Below, piece by piece: positions 21,210 through 31,619 of a stretch of DNA of 64,000 nucleotides (position 1 is its first letter; every line of letters starts with the position of its first letter). The stretch comes from Alphaproteobacteria bacterium (lineage in GTDB: Bacteria; Pseudomonadota; Alphaproteobacteria; UBA828): positions 288,001-352,000 of the forward strand of contig CAXXMU010000002.1 in NCBI GenBank assembly GCA_963667785.2. Reading direction: 5' to 3'. The position numbers were made by a program, and so were the translations under genes. The notes under the pieces are model-generated. The model did not search any database and had not been told where the DNA came from. It was given only the letters and a program-made list of their open reading frames with translations.

Positions 21210-21728
21210 ATGTTGGACATCGGCTGGCAAGAGCTCATCATCCTGATGCTGATCGCCCTGATCGTCGTCGGGCCAAAGGACCTGCCGCGCATCGTCAAGA
21301 CCGCGGGCCAGTGGATGGGCAAGGCGCGCGGCTACGCCCGCGACTTCCAGCGGACCATCGAGGAGGCCGCGGACGCGACCGAGATCGATGCCGTCAAGAA
21401 GGAGATCGACGAGGCCAACCGCGAGCTCGCCGACGCCCGCCGGGACGTGTCGGACGGGGCGGAATCGGTGAAGCGTGACGTTGCCGAAGGCAGCGACAGC
21501 GTGAACAAGATGTTCAGCGAGGATGTCATGGCGCCGGCTAAAGGCGCGGCCGCGAAGCCCAACGGCGAGGCAGCGCCTGCCGAGGCAAAGGACGGCGAGG
21601 GCGAAGCCCCCGCGGCAGCGGCAGCGGAGAGCGCGGCCGCACCCGCGGCGGAACAGACCGCTCCGGCGGCAGAGCCCCAGGGCGGCGGCGCGGACGACAC
21701 GCCGCCCGCACGCGGCGCGAGCGCCTAG
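21210..21728 (+). CDS. tatB: Twin-arginine translocase TatB
   Basis: MLDIGWQELI...ALIVVGPKDLP. Confidence 0.95.
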   Translation: MLDIGWQELIILMLIALIVVGPKDLPRIVKTAGQWMGKARGYARDFQRTIEEAADATEIDAVKKEIDEANRELADARRDVSDGAESVKRDVAEGSDSVNKMFSEDVMAPAKGAAAKPNGEAAPAEAKDGEGEAPAAAAAESAAAPAAEQTAPAAEPQGGGADDTPPARGASA

Positions 21729-21821
21729 GCGCCCGGACTCAGACAGCGCGGAATGTCCCGGCGGCTCCCGTCCGGCGCGTCAGCGCCCCAGAGGCCCGGT
21801 CCCGGGGCGGGTGGGTAGCCG

Positions 21822-22679
21822 GTGGTCGACCAGATCGAACAATCGCGCGCGCCGCTTATCGATCACCTGATCGAGCTCAGGCGCCGCCTCGCCTTCGCGG
21901 CCATCGGGCTGGTCATCGCCTTTCTCGGCTGCTGGTACGTGGCCTCGGACATCTTCGCCTTCCTGGTCGAGCCGTTGCGCGACGTGCTGGCCGAGGGAGG
22001 CTACGACACCAACCTCATCTACACGCACCTGCTGGAGGCCTTCTTCACCGAGCTGAAGATCGCCTTCTGGGGCGCCTTCTTCGTCTCCTTCCCGCTGATC
22101 GCCACGCAGTTCTGGATGTTCGTGGCGCCCGGCCTCTACAAGAACGAGAAGAGGGCCGTCCTGCCCTTCCTCTTCATCACGCCGGTGCTGTTCTTCTCGG
22201 GCGGCGGGCTGGTCTACTACTTCATCTTCCCGCAGGCCTTCAACTTTTTCATCTCCTTCCAGGCGCCGGGCACGGAAGAGGGCCTCGGCCTCGAGCTGCT
22301 GCCCAAGATTGGCGAGTACCTGTCGCTGGTGATGAAGCTGATCTTCGCCTTCGGCATCGCCTTCCAGCTTCCGGTGATGCTGACCCTGATGGGCCGCGCT
22401 GGCCTCGCCACCTCGGCCGGGCTGAAGCGCAAGCGCAAGTACGCCATCGTCATCGTCTTCATCGCCGCGGCGATCCTGACCCCGCCCGATCTGTTCAGTC
22501 AGATCGGCCTCGGCATTCCGCTGATCGCGCTCTACGAGATCTCGATCATCTCGGTCGGCTTCGTCGAGAAGAAGCGCCGCAAGAAGCAGGAAGAAGAAGA
22601 GGCGGCCTACGCCGAGATGGACGAGCTGCTGGCCCAGTACGAGGACAGCGAAGAGACCGACTTCAATTACGGGCGCTGA
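21822..22679 (+). CDS. tatC: Twin-arginine translocase TatC
   Basis: PLIDHLIELRRR, FVAPGLYKNEK, AFQLP, LTPPD. Confidence 0.96.
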   Translation: MVDQIEQSRAPLIDHLIELRRRLAFAAIGLVIAFLGCWYVASDIFAFLVEPLRDVLAEGGYDTNLIYTHLLEAFFTELKIAFWGAFFVSFPLIATQFWMFVAPGLYKNEKRAVLPFLFITPVLFFSGGGLVYYFIFPQAFNFFISFQAPGTEEGLGLELLPKIGEYLSLVMKLIFAFGIAFQLPVMLTLMGRAGLATSAGLKRKRKYAIVIVFIAAAILTPPDLFSQIGLGIPLIALYEISIISVGFVEKKRRKKQEEEEAAYAEMDELLAQYEDSEETDFNYGR

Positions 22680-22813
22680 TGCGGCAGCAGGTCTGACCGG
22701 TGCAGTGCCGCGGTCGGTCGGGGCGAGGCAGGGACGCGCCGGCGCGCCGGCGTGAGCCGCTCCAGCAAGCCGTCGTCAGTCCCCCACGCCGTCTGCCCGG
22801 CACTCCCCCAAGC

Positions 22814-22975
22814 GTCATGTCCGGACTGGTTCCGGGCATCTCTGTCGGCCTGATGCGGCCGCGAGACGTGGATGGCCGGGACAAGCCCGGCCAGGACGTG
22901 GTGGGGGCACCTCGTCAGTGGGTCAAACGTCTCGGTCGGGACACTTGCGCGTCCGAGTGAAACGGACACGGGCTA
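22814..22975 (-). repeat. REP/REPIN-like palindromic element (copy A) with flanking hairpin module
   Basis: Core 22814-22897 GTCATGTCCGGACTGGTTCCGGGCATC...GATGGCCGGGACAAGCCCGGCCAGGAC is a near-identical inverted copy of 61061-61144. Similarity continues to a CGTGTCCG-N7-CGGACGCG hairpin next to the Sel1 stop codon. Confidence 0.85.
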
Positions 22976-23458
22976 CTGGTCGGCGAGCAGCCCCTTGGCT
23001 TCGGCGATCTCTTCCGGCGTCATCAGCCCGGCGATCGAGTCCAGGATGAGCTGGGCGTTCGGGCCCTTCTCCTCAGCCGCCCGCTGCAGCCAGGCGTAGG
23101 CGCGCACGAGGTCGCGGGGGACGCCGTCGCCGCGCGCGTAGATCGTGCCGAGCAGGGTCTGCGCCTCGGTCACGCCGGCCTGCGCGGCCTGCTCGTACCA
23201 GGGCACCGCGCGACCGGGCTGCCCCATGATCTGGAAGGCCATGCCCAGAGCGTAGGCGGCCTGGTAGTCGCCGGCCTCGGCGAGCGGCAGCCACTCGCTC
23301 ACGGCCGTCTCGTAATCGCCTGCCGTATAGGCCTGCCAGCCGCTGGCCATGTCCGCCTGCGCGCCGACGGGCGCGAGCGCAACTGTCGCCGCCAGCAGAG
23401 CGCCTGCCGCGGCGGGCAGTGCCCCGCCGGCGCGCCGGCGCTGCCACCCGGATGACAT
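22973..23458 (-). CDS. Secreted Sel1/TPR-repeat protein
   Basis: Signal peptide, AVSEWLPLAEAGD, AQTLLGTIYARGDGVPRDLVRAYAWL. Confidence 0.85.
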   Translation of the reverse strand: MSSGWQRRRAGGALPAAAGALLAATVALAPVGAQADMASGWQAYTAGDYETAVSEWLPLAEAGDYQAAYALGMAFQIMGQPGRAVPWYEQAAQAGVTEAQTLLGTIYARGDGVPRDLVRAYAWLQRAAEEKGPNAQLILDSIAGLMTPEEIAEAKGLLADQ

Positions 23459-23475
23459 CAAGCGACCCCTGGGCT

Positions 23476-23643
23476 CTATTTGATCTTCGCTTCTTTGAAG
23501 ACCACGTGCTTACGGGCGACGGGATCGTACTTGCGGAGCGAGAGCTTTTCGGTCTGGCTGCGCGGGTTCTTGCGCGTCGTGTAATAGAATCCCGTGCCCG
23601 CCGAACTGACGAGCTTGATGAGGATACTGTTGGCCTTGGCCAT
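23476..23643 (-). CDS. rpmG: 50S ribosomal protein L33
   Basis: Hand-translated 55 aa: [55 protein letters not shown] (below the ORF-track cutoff). Confidence 0.96.
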   Translation of the reverse strand: MAKANSILIKLVSSAGTGFYYTTRKNPRSQTEKLSLRKYDPVARKHVVFKEAKIK

Positions 23644-23682
23644 GCGACTCGCCCGGATAATTCGATAATCGAAGGAGCGGCG

Positions 23683-23710
23683 ACATTACCGCCTGGTTAC
23701 GGGCTGTCAA
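23683..23710 (-). promoter_or_regulatory. Putative sigma70 promoter of rpmG
   Basis: Minus strand TTGACA-N16-TAATGT, about 40 bp upstream of the start codon. Confidence 0.55.
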
Positions 23711-23763
23711 GCGGCGGCGACCGGACCCGTGCTGCCTCGGGCGGCGGGCGCTCGGCTCCCCCG

Positions 23764-24306
23764 TCAGGCGTCCTCGAGCTTCACCAGGTCGCCGTTCTCG
23801 TCGAGGCCGATACCGTAGTCCCGCGCCTCGTCGATGGTCTCGTCCGGCCAGTGCACCTTGCCCGGATCGGTGCCGCCGACCACGGCCAGCATGAGCGCCG
23901 TCTCGTCGCCGGCGTTGCGGAAGCCGCGGCTCGCGCCGACGGGGACCGAGACGGTGTCGTAGGGCTCGAGCACCACCTCGTGCCGCTGCCCGTCGCTGTT
24001 CTGCCAGTAGATGCCCCACCTGCCGGTCAGCGGGATGAACACCTCGTTGGTCTCGTGAATGTGCAGCGAGGCGCCCTTGCCGGGATCGGCCTTGATCAGG
24101 CCGACATTGAAGTCGCGGTTGTCCGTGATCGGCGGGAGGAGCTCCTTGTCCTCGACCACGCCGCGGCCGATGATGTTGAAGATGTCGCGCTCATAGCCCG
24201 GAATGAGCGCATCGACGAACGCATGGGCGCTCGACTTCAGGTCCTTGAAGCGGGCGACGCGCTCGCGCTCCATGAACTCGGGGCTGACATCGATCCGTTC
24301 CACCAT
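23764..24306 (-). CDS. Cupin domain protein
   Basis: GASLHIHETNEVFIPLTGRW and DTVSVPVGASRGFRN cupin motifs. Confidence 0.8.
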   Translation of the reverse strand: MVERIDVSPEFMERERVARFKDLKSSAHAFVDALIPGYERDIFNIIGRGVVEDKELLPPITDNRDFNVGLIKADPGKGASLHIHETNEVFIPLTGRWGIYWQNSDGQRHEVVLEPYDTVSVPVGASRGFRNAGDETALMLAVVGGTDPGKVHWPDETIDEARDYGIGLDENGDLVKLEDA

Positions 24307-24379
24307 GGCGAAGCTCCTGCTGCTGGCGCGCACCCTCCGGTGCCGGTCGCGCCGGCGTCCCGTTCCCGGCAGAGCTCGG

Positions 24380-25030
24380 TCAGTAGAGCTCGGTGCGGTA
24401 GTTCTCCTCGACGAACTCGTCGGTCTCCTTGATCGTCTCCTCCGACGGCGGCTCGGCCGGCGGCGCGGTCTGCTCCAGGATCATGCGGCCGAGCGACGGC
24501 ATCTCGCGGCGGTTCTGCCGGCTCTCCTCGTCCCACAGCCGCGAGCGCTTGAACGCCTTGGCGCAGTGCAGGAAGGCCTCCTGCACCTCGACCCTGATGC
24601 CGACCTTCGGCTCCTTGCCGTTGACCACGGTGGCCTGCGCCAGCGCCTCGTCGCGCACGATCGTCGCGGTGCCGTTCACGCGCAGCGTGTCGTCGAAGCC
24701 GGGAACCAGGAAGAGCAGGCCGACATTGGGGTTCTCGATGATGTTGGTCATCGTGTCGAGCCGGTTGTTACCGGGCCGGTCCGGGATGAAGAGCGTGTTG
24801 TCGTCGATCACCTGGACGAAGCCCGGCGGATCGCCGCGCGGCGAGACGTCGGCGCGGCCGCTGGCGCCGCTGGTGCCGATGCAGAGGAAGGGCGAGCGCC
24901 GGATGAAGTCCTTGCAGTGCCGGTCCAGCGAGGGGATGCACTTCTTCACCGAGATTTCCATGGTCTCGCCCATGGTCTCGCGCAGATCGGCCTCTTCCGA
25001 ATAGGTCCGTCCCTGTTCGTGCTCGTCCAT
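24380..25030 (-). CDS. Pyridoxamine 5'-phosphate oxidase-like FMN-binding protein (MSMEG_1061 family)
   Basis: DVSPRGDPPGFV, IPDRPGNNRLD, LRVNG, HCAKAFKRSRLW. Confidence 0.87.
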   Translation of the reverse strand: MDEHEQGRTYSEEADLRETMGETMEISVKKCIPSLDRHCKDFIRRSPFLCIGTSGASGRADVSPRGDPPGFVQVIDDNTLFIPDRPGNNRLDTMTNIIENPNVGLLFLVPGFDDTLRVNGTATIVRDEALAQATVVNGKEPKVGIRVEVQEAFLHCAKAFKRSRLWDEESRQNRREMPSLGRMILEQTAPPAEPPSEETIKETDEFVEENYRTELY

Positions 25031-25205
25031 GGCGTCCGGCTCCCCGTGCAATCGGCGGAGCGGCGAGTCTAGCAAAGCAGAGCGTGCGGGTCATCCGCGA
25101 TCGGCTCCCGCCGGGCCGGGGCCGACGGCGATGCGTGACGGCCGCGCCGCCCTGTGGCATCTATCGGGCTCCTCGCATCCGGCATCGAGTCGAGAAGGCA
25201 GCGTC

Positions 25206-28200
25206 ATGGCCCACGCCGATTTCGTCCATCTCAGGGTCCGCACCGCCTACTCGCTGCTGGAAGGCGCGATCAGGCTCGACGAGCTGGTCGAGACCTGCCG
25301 CGACTGGCGCATGCCGGCCTGCGCCATCGCCGACCGCGGCAACATGTTCGGCGCCCTCGCCTTCTCCGAGGCCTGCCGCGCGGCGGGCGTGCAGCCGATC
25401 GTCGGCTGCGACCTCGGGCTGGACTGCGGCACCGAGCAGCCAGGCCGGCAGGGCCGGGCGCCGTCGTGGCTGCTGCTGCTCGCCCAGGACGAGGCGGGCT
25501 ACGGCAACCTGATGGCGCTCACCAGCGACGCCTTTCTCGAGGGCGGCGACGGCGGGCAGCCGGCGGTGGCGCTGGAGGCGCTGGAGGCACGCGCAGACGG
25601 GCTGATCGCGCTCACCGGCGGCCCGGCCGGTCCGGTCGGGCGCCTCCTCCTCGACGGCCAGGTCAAGGCTGCGCGCACGCTGCTGGCGCAGCTCGCCGCC
25701 ATCTTCCCCGGCCGGCTCTATGTCGAGATCATGCGCCACGGGCTTGCGGAGGAGGAGCAGATCGAGCCGCATCTGATCGCGCTCGCCGACGAGCTCGAAC
25801 TGCCGCTGGTCGCCACCAACGACGCCTACTTCCTCCGCGAGGAGACCTACGAGGCCCACGACGCGCTCCTCTGCATCGCCCAGAACAGCCACGTCGAGGA
25901 CGAGAACCGGCGGCGACTGACCCCGCAGCACCGCTTCCGCCCTGCCGACGAGATGCGGGCGCTCTTCGCCGACCTGCCGGATGCGGTCGACAACAGCCTC
26001 GCCGTGGCTCGGCGCTGCGCCGTCATGGCGCCGACGCGGGAGCCGATCCTGCCGGTCTTCGACGCCGGCGGCGGGAGCGAGGCCGACGCGCTGCGGGCCC
26101 GGGCCGAGGAGGGGCTGGAGCGCCGGCTCGACGCCCAGGCCCGGCTCGCCGGGATGGACGAGACCGCGCGCGCGGCCGCGGCGGCGCCCTACCGCGAGCG
26201 CCTCGCCTACGAGCTCGGCGTCATCATCGAGATGCAGTTCGCCGGCTACTTCCTCATCGTCGCCGATATCGTGCACTGGGCGCGGGGGGAGGGGATCCCG
26301 GTCGGCCCCGGCCGCGGCTCGGGCGCGGGCTCCGTGGTGGCCTGGGCGCTGACCATCACCGATCTCGACCCGCTGCGCTTCGGCCTCCTGTTCGAGCGCT
26401 TCCTCAACCCCGAGCGGGTGTCGATGCCCGACTTCGACATCGACTTCTGCCCGGACCGCCGCGACCGGGTCATCGACTACGTGTGCCGGCGCTACGGCAA
26501 GGATCGCGTCGCCCAGATCATCACCTTCGGCACGCTCCAGGCCCGCGCTGCGCTGCGCGACGTGGGCCGCGTTCTGGGCCTCGGCTTCGGCCGCGTCGAC
26601 CGGCTGTGCAAGCTGGTGCCCTACAATCCGGCCAACCCGGTAACCCTGCAGCAGGCGCTGGATACCGAGCCCCGGCTCGCCGCAGAGCGCGACGGCGACC
26701 CGGCGGTGGCGCGCCTGATCGAGATATCGCTGCAGCTCGAGGGGCTGTACCGCCACGCCTCGACCCATGCCGCGGGCATCGTGATCGGCGACCGTTCGCT
26801 CAGCGAGCTGGTGCCGCTCTACCGCGACCCGCGCGCGGAGATGCCGGCGACGCAGTTCTCCATGAAGTACGCCGAGATGGCGGGGCTGGTGAAGTTCGAC
26901 CTGCTCGGCCTCAAGACGCTGACCGTGCTCGATCACGCTGAAACCATGCTGCGCGAGGCAGGTACCGATATCGACCTCGCCCAGATCCCGCTCGACGACG
27001 AGGCGACCTACGCGCTGCTGGGCAGCGGCGCCGCCATGGGCATCTTCCAGTTGGAGAGCGCCGGCATGAGGGACGCGCTGCGCAGCCTCAAGCCGGACTG
27101 CATCGAGGACATCATCGCCCTCGTCGCGCTCTATCGCCCCGGGCCGATGGACAACATTCCCCGCTACATCGCCTGTAAGCACGGCAGGGAGGAGCCCGAC
27201 TACCTGCACCCGATGCTGACGGGCATCCTGGAGGAGACCTTCGGCGTCATCATCTACCAGGAGCAGGTGATGGAGATCGCGAAGGTGCTCGCCGGCTACA
27301 GCCTGGGCTCGGCCGACCTCCTGCGCCGCGCCATGGGCAAGAAGATCAAGGCGGAGATGGACGCGCAGCGGGAGACGTTCGTGAACGGCGCGCTCGCGAA
27401 CGGCGTCGCGCAGCCGGATGCGATCAGGATCTTCGAGCTGGTGGCGAAGTTCGCGGGCTACGGCTTCAACAAGTCCCACGCCGCGGCCTACGCGCTGGTC
27501 GCCTACCAGACCGCCTACCTCAAGGCCAATCACCCGGTCGAGTTCCTGGCCGCCTCCATGAGCCTCGAGATCAACAACACCGACCGGCTGGAGCTCTTCC
27601 GCCGGGAGCTGGAGCGGCTCGGCATTCCTCTGCTGCCGCCCGACATCAACGCTTCGCGCCCGACCTTCGCTGTCGAGCGGCAGGGCGACGGCACCCAGGC
27701 GATCCGCTACGCGCTCGGCGCGATCAGGAACGTCGGCGTGCAGGCGATGGCGGCGCTCGCCGAGGAGCGGGCCGCGAACGGGCCCTATCGCGATCCCTTC
27801 GACCTCGCCGGCCGCGTCGATCCGCAGCAGATCAACCGCCGCTTGATCGAGAACCTGGCGAAAGCGGGCGCCTTCGACAGCCTGACTCCGAACCGCCGCC
27901 AGGTGGCGGACGGCGCCGACGTGCTGCTCGCCTTCTCCGGCGCGGCGCGGCACGGGCGCGAGCAGGCATCGCTCTTCGACGGCGACGATGCGGCGCTCGC
28001 GCCCCGGCCGAGCCTGCCGTCGCAGGAGGAGTGGGACCAGAACGAGAAGCTGGCCGCCGAGTACGAGGCGGTCGGCTTCTATCTCTCCGCCCATCCGCTG
28101 GATTCCTACGAGGCGGCGCTCGCGGGCCTCTCGATCACGCCCGCCGCGCAGGTGGCGCAGCAGGCCAGGGAAGGGGTCACGCGCTTCCGCCTGGCGGGCG

Positions 28201-28676
28201 TGGTGCTGTCGGTCAGGGAGCGCGGGCCCGGCTCGCGGCGCTACGCCTTCATCCAGCTCTCCGACCCGAGCGGCAGCTTCGAGGTGGCGGCCTTCCGCGA
28301 GACCTACGGCGACGGCCGCGGCATGCTCGAGCCGGGCCGGCACGTCATGGTCACCGCCCAGGCCCGCATCGAGGGCGAGGAGGTCAAGCTCTCGGCGCAG
28401 AGCTTCGACGACCTGGATGCCCGGCTGGCGCGCGGCATGAGCGGGCTCGCGGTGTACCTGGACGACCCGGCCGCGCTGGAGCCGCTGGACGCGCTCCTCG
28501 CCGCCCGCTCGGCGGGCAGCGGCCGCATCGCGCTCTTCGTCGAGACCGGCGAGGCCTGCACCGTGGAGATCGAGCTGCCGGGCGCCTACGAGATGAGCCC
28601 CGCGCTCGGCAGCGAGATCGCAGCGCTCGCCGGGGTCTCGTCGGTCCGCGAGCTCGCGCCGACCCGCGCCGGCTGA
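25206..28676 (+). CDS. dnaE: DNA polymerase III subunit alpha
   Basis: PHP domain FVHLRVRTAYSLLEG, GPGRGSGAGS, FERFLNPERVSMPDFDIDF, YGFNKSH. Confidence 0.97.
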   Translation: MAHADFVHLRVRTAYSLLEGAIRLDELVETCRDWRMPACAIADRGNMFGALAFSEACRAAGVQPIVGCDLGLDCGTEQPGRQGRAPSWLLLLAQDEAGYGNLMALTSDAFLEGGDGGQPAVALEALEARADGLIALTGGPAGPVGRLLLDGQVKAARTLLAQLAAIFPGRLYVEIMRHGLAEEEQIEPHLIALADELELPLVATNDAYFLREETYEAHDALLCIAQNSHVEDENRRRLTPQHRFRPADEMRALFADLPDAVDNSLAVARRCAVMAPTREPILPVFDAGGGSEADALRARAEEGLERRLDAQARLAGMDETARAAAAAPYRERLAYELGVIIEMQFAGYFLIVADIVHWARGEGIPVGPGRGSGAGSVVAWALTITDLDPLRFGLLFERFLNPERVSMPDFDIDFCPDRRDRVIDYVCRRYGKDRVAQIITFGTLQARAALRDVGRVLGLGFGRVDRLCKLVPYNPANPVTLQQALDTEPRLAAERDGDPAVARLIEISLQLEGLYRHASTHAAGIVIGDRSLSELVPLYRDPRAEMPATQFSMKYAEMAGLVKFDLLGLKTLTVLDHAETMLREAGTDIDLAQIPLDDEATYALLGSGAAMGIFQLESAGMRDALRSLKPDCIEDIIALVALYRPGPMDNIPRYIACKHGREEPDYLHPMLTGILEETFGVIIYQEQVMEIAKVLAGYSLGSADLLRRAMGKKIKAEMDAQRETFVNGALANGVAQPDAIRIFELVAKFAGYGFNKSHAAAYALVAYQTAYLKANHPVEFLAASMSLEINNTDRLELFRRELERLGIPLLPPDINASRPTFAVERQGDGTQAIRYALGAIRNVGVQAMAALAEERAANGPYRDPFDLAGRVDPQQINRRLIENLAKAGAFDSLTPNRRQVADGADVLLAFSGAARHGREQASLFDGDDAALAPRPSLPSQEEWDQNEKLAAEYEAVGFYLSAHPLDSYEAALAGLSITPAAQVAQQAREGVTRFRLAGVVLSVRERGPGSRRYAFIQLSDPSGSFEVAAFRETYGDGRGMLEPGRHVMVTAQARIEGEEVKLSAQSFDDLDARLARGMSGLAVYLDDPAALEPLDALLAARSAGSGRIALFVETGEACTVEIELPGAYEMSPALGSEIAALAGVSSVRELAPTRAG

Positions 28677-28723
28677 GCGGCGCTCGCGCTCTTCCGCGCT
28701 CTCGGGCACGGGCCGCTCGGGCC

Positions 28724-28865
28724 TTGCGCGCCGGGGGCAGCGGCGCTATCAAGCCCGCACCTGCCTAGGGCAGGAATTCACACGCGGAAGACGGCACCCC
28801 ATGGCGTGCCGATCCGGTGCCCGGCCAGACCGGGGCATGATCCGCGGAGGACGAACCGGAGAAAG
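28724..28865 (+). promoter_or_regulatory. rpsB promoter and structured S2 autoregulatory leader
   Basis: TTGCGC-N17-TATCAA (28724-28752), followed by a CACACGCGG...CCGCGGAGG leader with internal stems (GGCAC/GTGCC). Resembles rpsB leader RNAs. Confidence 0.55.
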
Positions 28866-28873
28866 GACGACCA

Positions 28874-29905
28874 ATGGCTCTGCCAGAGTTCACCATGCGC
28901 CAGCTTCTCGAAGCCGGCGTGCATTTTGGGCATCAGACCAGACGCTGGAATCCGAAGATGCGCCCCTACCTGTTCGGCGCGCGGAACGGCGTTCACGTCA
29001 TCGACCTGCAGCAGACGGTGCCGCTGCTCCATCAGGCGCTGGTGGCGCTGCGCGACGCTGCCGCGGGCGGCGGGCGCATCCTGTTCGTCGGGACCAAGCG
29101 CCAGGCGTCCCGGCCAATCGCCGACACGGCGCGCCGCTGTGGCCAGTACTACGTCAACCACCGCTGGCTCGGCGGGATGCTGACGAACTGGAAGGCCATA
29201 TCGGGCTCGATCAAGACGCTGGCCGACCTGGAGGCCACGCTCGCCGACGAATCCGCCGGCCTGACCAAGAAGGAGATGCTGCAGCTCGTGCGGCGGCGCA
29301 ACAAGCTGGAGCTCGCGCTCGGCGGCATCCGCGAGATGGGCGGCGTGCCCGACCTGCTGGTGGTCATCGACACCAACAAGGAGGACATCGCGATCCTGGA
29401 GGCGCGCAAGCTGGGAATCCCGGTCGTCGCCATCATCGACAGCAACTGCGACCCGGACCTCATCACCTATCCGGTTCCCGGCAACGACGACGCGATCCGC
29501 GCGATCAACCTCTACTGCGACCTGTTCGCGCGCGCGATCATCGACGGCCTGCAGGAGGAGCTCGCCGCCTCGGGCGCCGATATCGGCGCCGCCGAGGAAG
29601 GGCTGGCCGAGAACCTGCCGCCGGCCGAAGGGGATGGGCCGAAGGAGTCGCCGGCCGAGGCGGAGACGCCCGCCGCGGCGGACGCGCCCGTTGCGGCCGA
29701 GGAGGCGTCTGCGGCCGAGGAGGCGCCTGCGACGCCCGCGGATACGCCTGCCGCTGCCGACGGGGCCTCGGAGGGGGCGCCGCCACCGGAGGCCGAGGCC
29801 GCAGCCGATGCGCCCGCCGAGGCGGAAACCGCAGCTGAAGCGCCTGCCGATGCGCCCGCAGAAGCGCCGGAGGGCGGCGACAAGGAACTGGCGGCGGGCG
29901 CGTGA
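28874..29905 (+). CDS. rpsB: 30S ribosomal protein S2 with long acidic Ala/Glu/Pro tail
   Basis: [38 protein letters not shown]. Confidence 0.97.
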   Translation: MALPEFTMRQLLEAGVHFGHQTRRWNPKMRPYLFGARNGVHVIDLQQTVPLLHQALVALRDAAAGGGRILFVGTKRQASRPIADTARRCGQYYVNHRWLGGMLTNWKAISGSIKTLADLEATLADESAGLTKKEMLQLVRRRNKLELALGGIREMGGVPDLLVVIDTNKEDIAILEARKLGIPVVAIIDSNCDPDLITYPVPGNDDAIRAINLYCDLFARAIIDGLQEELAASGADIGAAEEGLAENLPPAEGDGPKESPAEAETPAAADAPVAAEEASAAEEAPATPADTPAAADGASEGAPPPEAEAAADAPAEAETAAEAPADAPAEAPEGGDKELAAGA

Positions 29906-29934
29906 GCGCGCCTCACACCGGGGAGTAGCGAACG

Positions 29935-30861
29935 ATGGCTCAGATCACGGCCGCGCTGGTCAAGCAGCTACGCGACAAGACCGGCGCCGGCATGATGGAT
30001 TGCAAGAAGGCGCTGACCGAGACCGGCGGCGACCTGGAGGCGGCGGTCGACTGGCTGCGCAAGACCGGCCTCGCCCAGGCCCAACGCAAGGCCGGCCGCA
30101 CCGCGGCCGAAGGGCTGATCGGGATGGCCTCGGGCCCGGGCAGGGCTGCGCTGGTCGAGATCAACGCCGAGACCGACTTCGTGGCCCGGAACGGCGATTT
30201 CCAGACCGTGGTGCGCGAGGTCGCCCGGATCGCGCTCGACTGCGATGGCGACCTCGACCGTCTGTCCCAGGCGCCTTACCCGGAGACCGGCCGCACCGTC
30301 GCCGAGGAGATCACCAATCTCGTCGCCACCATCGGCGAGAACATCCAGCTCAGGCGGACCGCGGTGCTCTCCGTGCCGGCCGGCGTCGTCGGCCACTACG
30401 TGCACATGGCCGCGACCGAGGGGCTGGGAAGGCTCGGCACGCTGGTCGCCCTCGAATCGCCGGCGCCGGCCGAGAGCCTGGAACGTCCGGCCCATCAGCT
30501 CGCCATGCACGTCGCAGCCGCGAGCCCGCAGGCGGTCTCGCGCGAGGCGCTCGATCAGGCGACGGTCGAGCGCGAGCGCGCCGTGCTGGCCGAGCAGGCG
30601 CGCGCCGAGGGCAAGCCCGAGAAGATCATCGAGAAGATGATCGAGGGCAGGCTGCGGAAATTCTTCGAGGATGTCGTTCTGCTCGAGCAGACCTGGGTCA
30701 TCGACGGCGAGAGCCGGGTGAAGGCGGTGCTGGACGAGCTGGCCGGAACGCTCGATGCGCCGGTGACCGTGACCGGGTTCGTCCGCTACCAGCTCGGCGA
30801 GGGGATCGAGCGGGAGAGCACGGACTTCGCGGCCGAGGTCGCCGCGCAGCTCGGCTCCTGA
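29935..30861 (+). CDS. tsf: Translation elongation factor Ts
   Basis: [29 protein letters not shown]. Confidence 0.97.
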   Translation: MAQITAALVKQLRDKTGAGMMDCKKALTETGGDLEAAVDWLRKTGLAQAQRKAGRTAAEGLIGMASGPGRAALVEINAETDFVARNGDFQTVVREVARIALDCDGDLDRLSQAPYPETGRTVAEEITNLVATIGENIQLRRTAVLSVPAGVVGHYVHMAATEGLGRLGTLVALESPAPAESLERPAHQLAMHVAAASPQAVSREALDQATVERERAVLAEQARAEGKPEKIIEKMIEGRLRKFFEDVVLLEQTWVIDGESRVKAVLDELAGTLDAPVTVTGFVRYQLGEGIERESTDFAAEVAAQLGS

Positions 30862-30889
30862 GCGCCCGCCCGCAACGCTGGAGCCCGCC

Positions 30890-31615
30890 ATGACAGCCCT
30901 TCCCGCCTTCAGGCGCATCCTGCTCAAGATCTCGGGCGAGGCGCTGAGGGGGGATGCGCCCTACGGCATCGACGGGGAGGCGGTAGAGCGGCTGGCCGGC
31001 GAGATCGCCGAGGTCCACGAACGCGGCGTCGAGGTCTGCGCCGTGGTCGGCGGCGGCAACATCTTCCGCGGCTCGTCCGACGACGCGGCCGGCATGGAAC
31101 GGGCGACCGCCGACTACATCGGCATGCTGGCGACGGTGATGAACGCCGTTGCCATGCAGCACGCGCTGGAGCGGCTGGGCAAGGCGACGCGGGTCCTCTC
31201 GGCGCTGCCGATCGCGCCGGTCTGCGAGCCCTACATCCGCCGGCGCGGGCAGCGCCACCTGGAGAAGGGGCGGATCGTCCTCTTCGCCGGCGGCACCGGC
31301 AATCCCTTCTTCACCACCGATACGGCGGCCGCGCTCAGGGCGGCGGAGATGGGCTGCGACGCGCTGCTCAAGGGAACCAAGGTCGATGGCGTCTATGCCG
31401 CCGATCCCGAGGTCGATGCCGGCGCCTCGCGCTTCGAGCGGCTCTCCTACATGGACGTGCTGTCCAAGGACCTGAAGGCCATGGACGCGTCGGCGATCTC
31501 GCTGGCGCGCGAGAATGCGATTCCGATTGTGGTATTCTCCATCCGTCGGAAGGGCGGACTTGCCGCCGTGCTGGACGGCAACGGGCCCTTCACCGTCATC
31601 TCCGACGAGGGCTGA
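30890..31615 (+). CDS. pyrH: UMP kinase
   Basis: [35 protein letters not shown]. Confidence 0.97.
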   Translation: MTALPAFRRILLKISGEALRGDAPYGIDGEAVERLAGEIAEVHERGVEVCAVVGGGNIFRGSSDDAAGMERATADYIGMLATVMNAVAMQHALERLGKATRVLSALPIAPVCEPYIRRRGQRHLEKGRIVLFAGGTGNPFFTTDTAAALRAAEMGCDALLKGTKVDGVYAADPEVDAGASRFERLSYMDVLSKDLKAMDASAISLARENAIPIVVFSIRRKGGLAAVLDGNGPFTVISDEG

Positions 31616-31619
31616 CGCG

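Noticed and set aside
25161-28709. Very long antisense and alternative-frame ORFs (e.g. 1182 aa opposite dnaE, 1072 aa opposite groEL, 829 aa opposite dinG)
   Set aside because: Shadow ORFs expected from high GC3 codon bias; no recognisable domains.
29560-29905. Long acidic Ala/Glu/Pro tail of S2, and similar tails on TatA and TatB
   Set aside because: Low-complexity extensions are common in these proteins and are not evidence of an extra domain.
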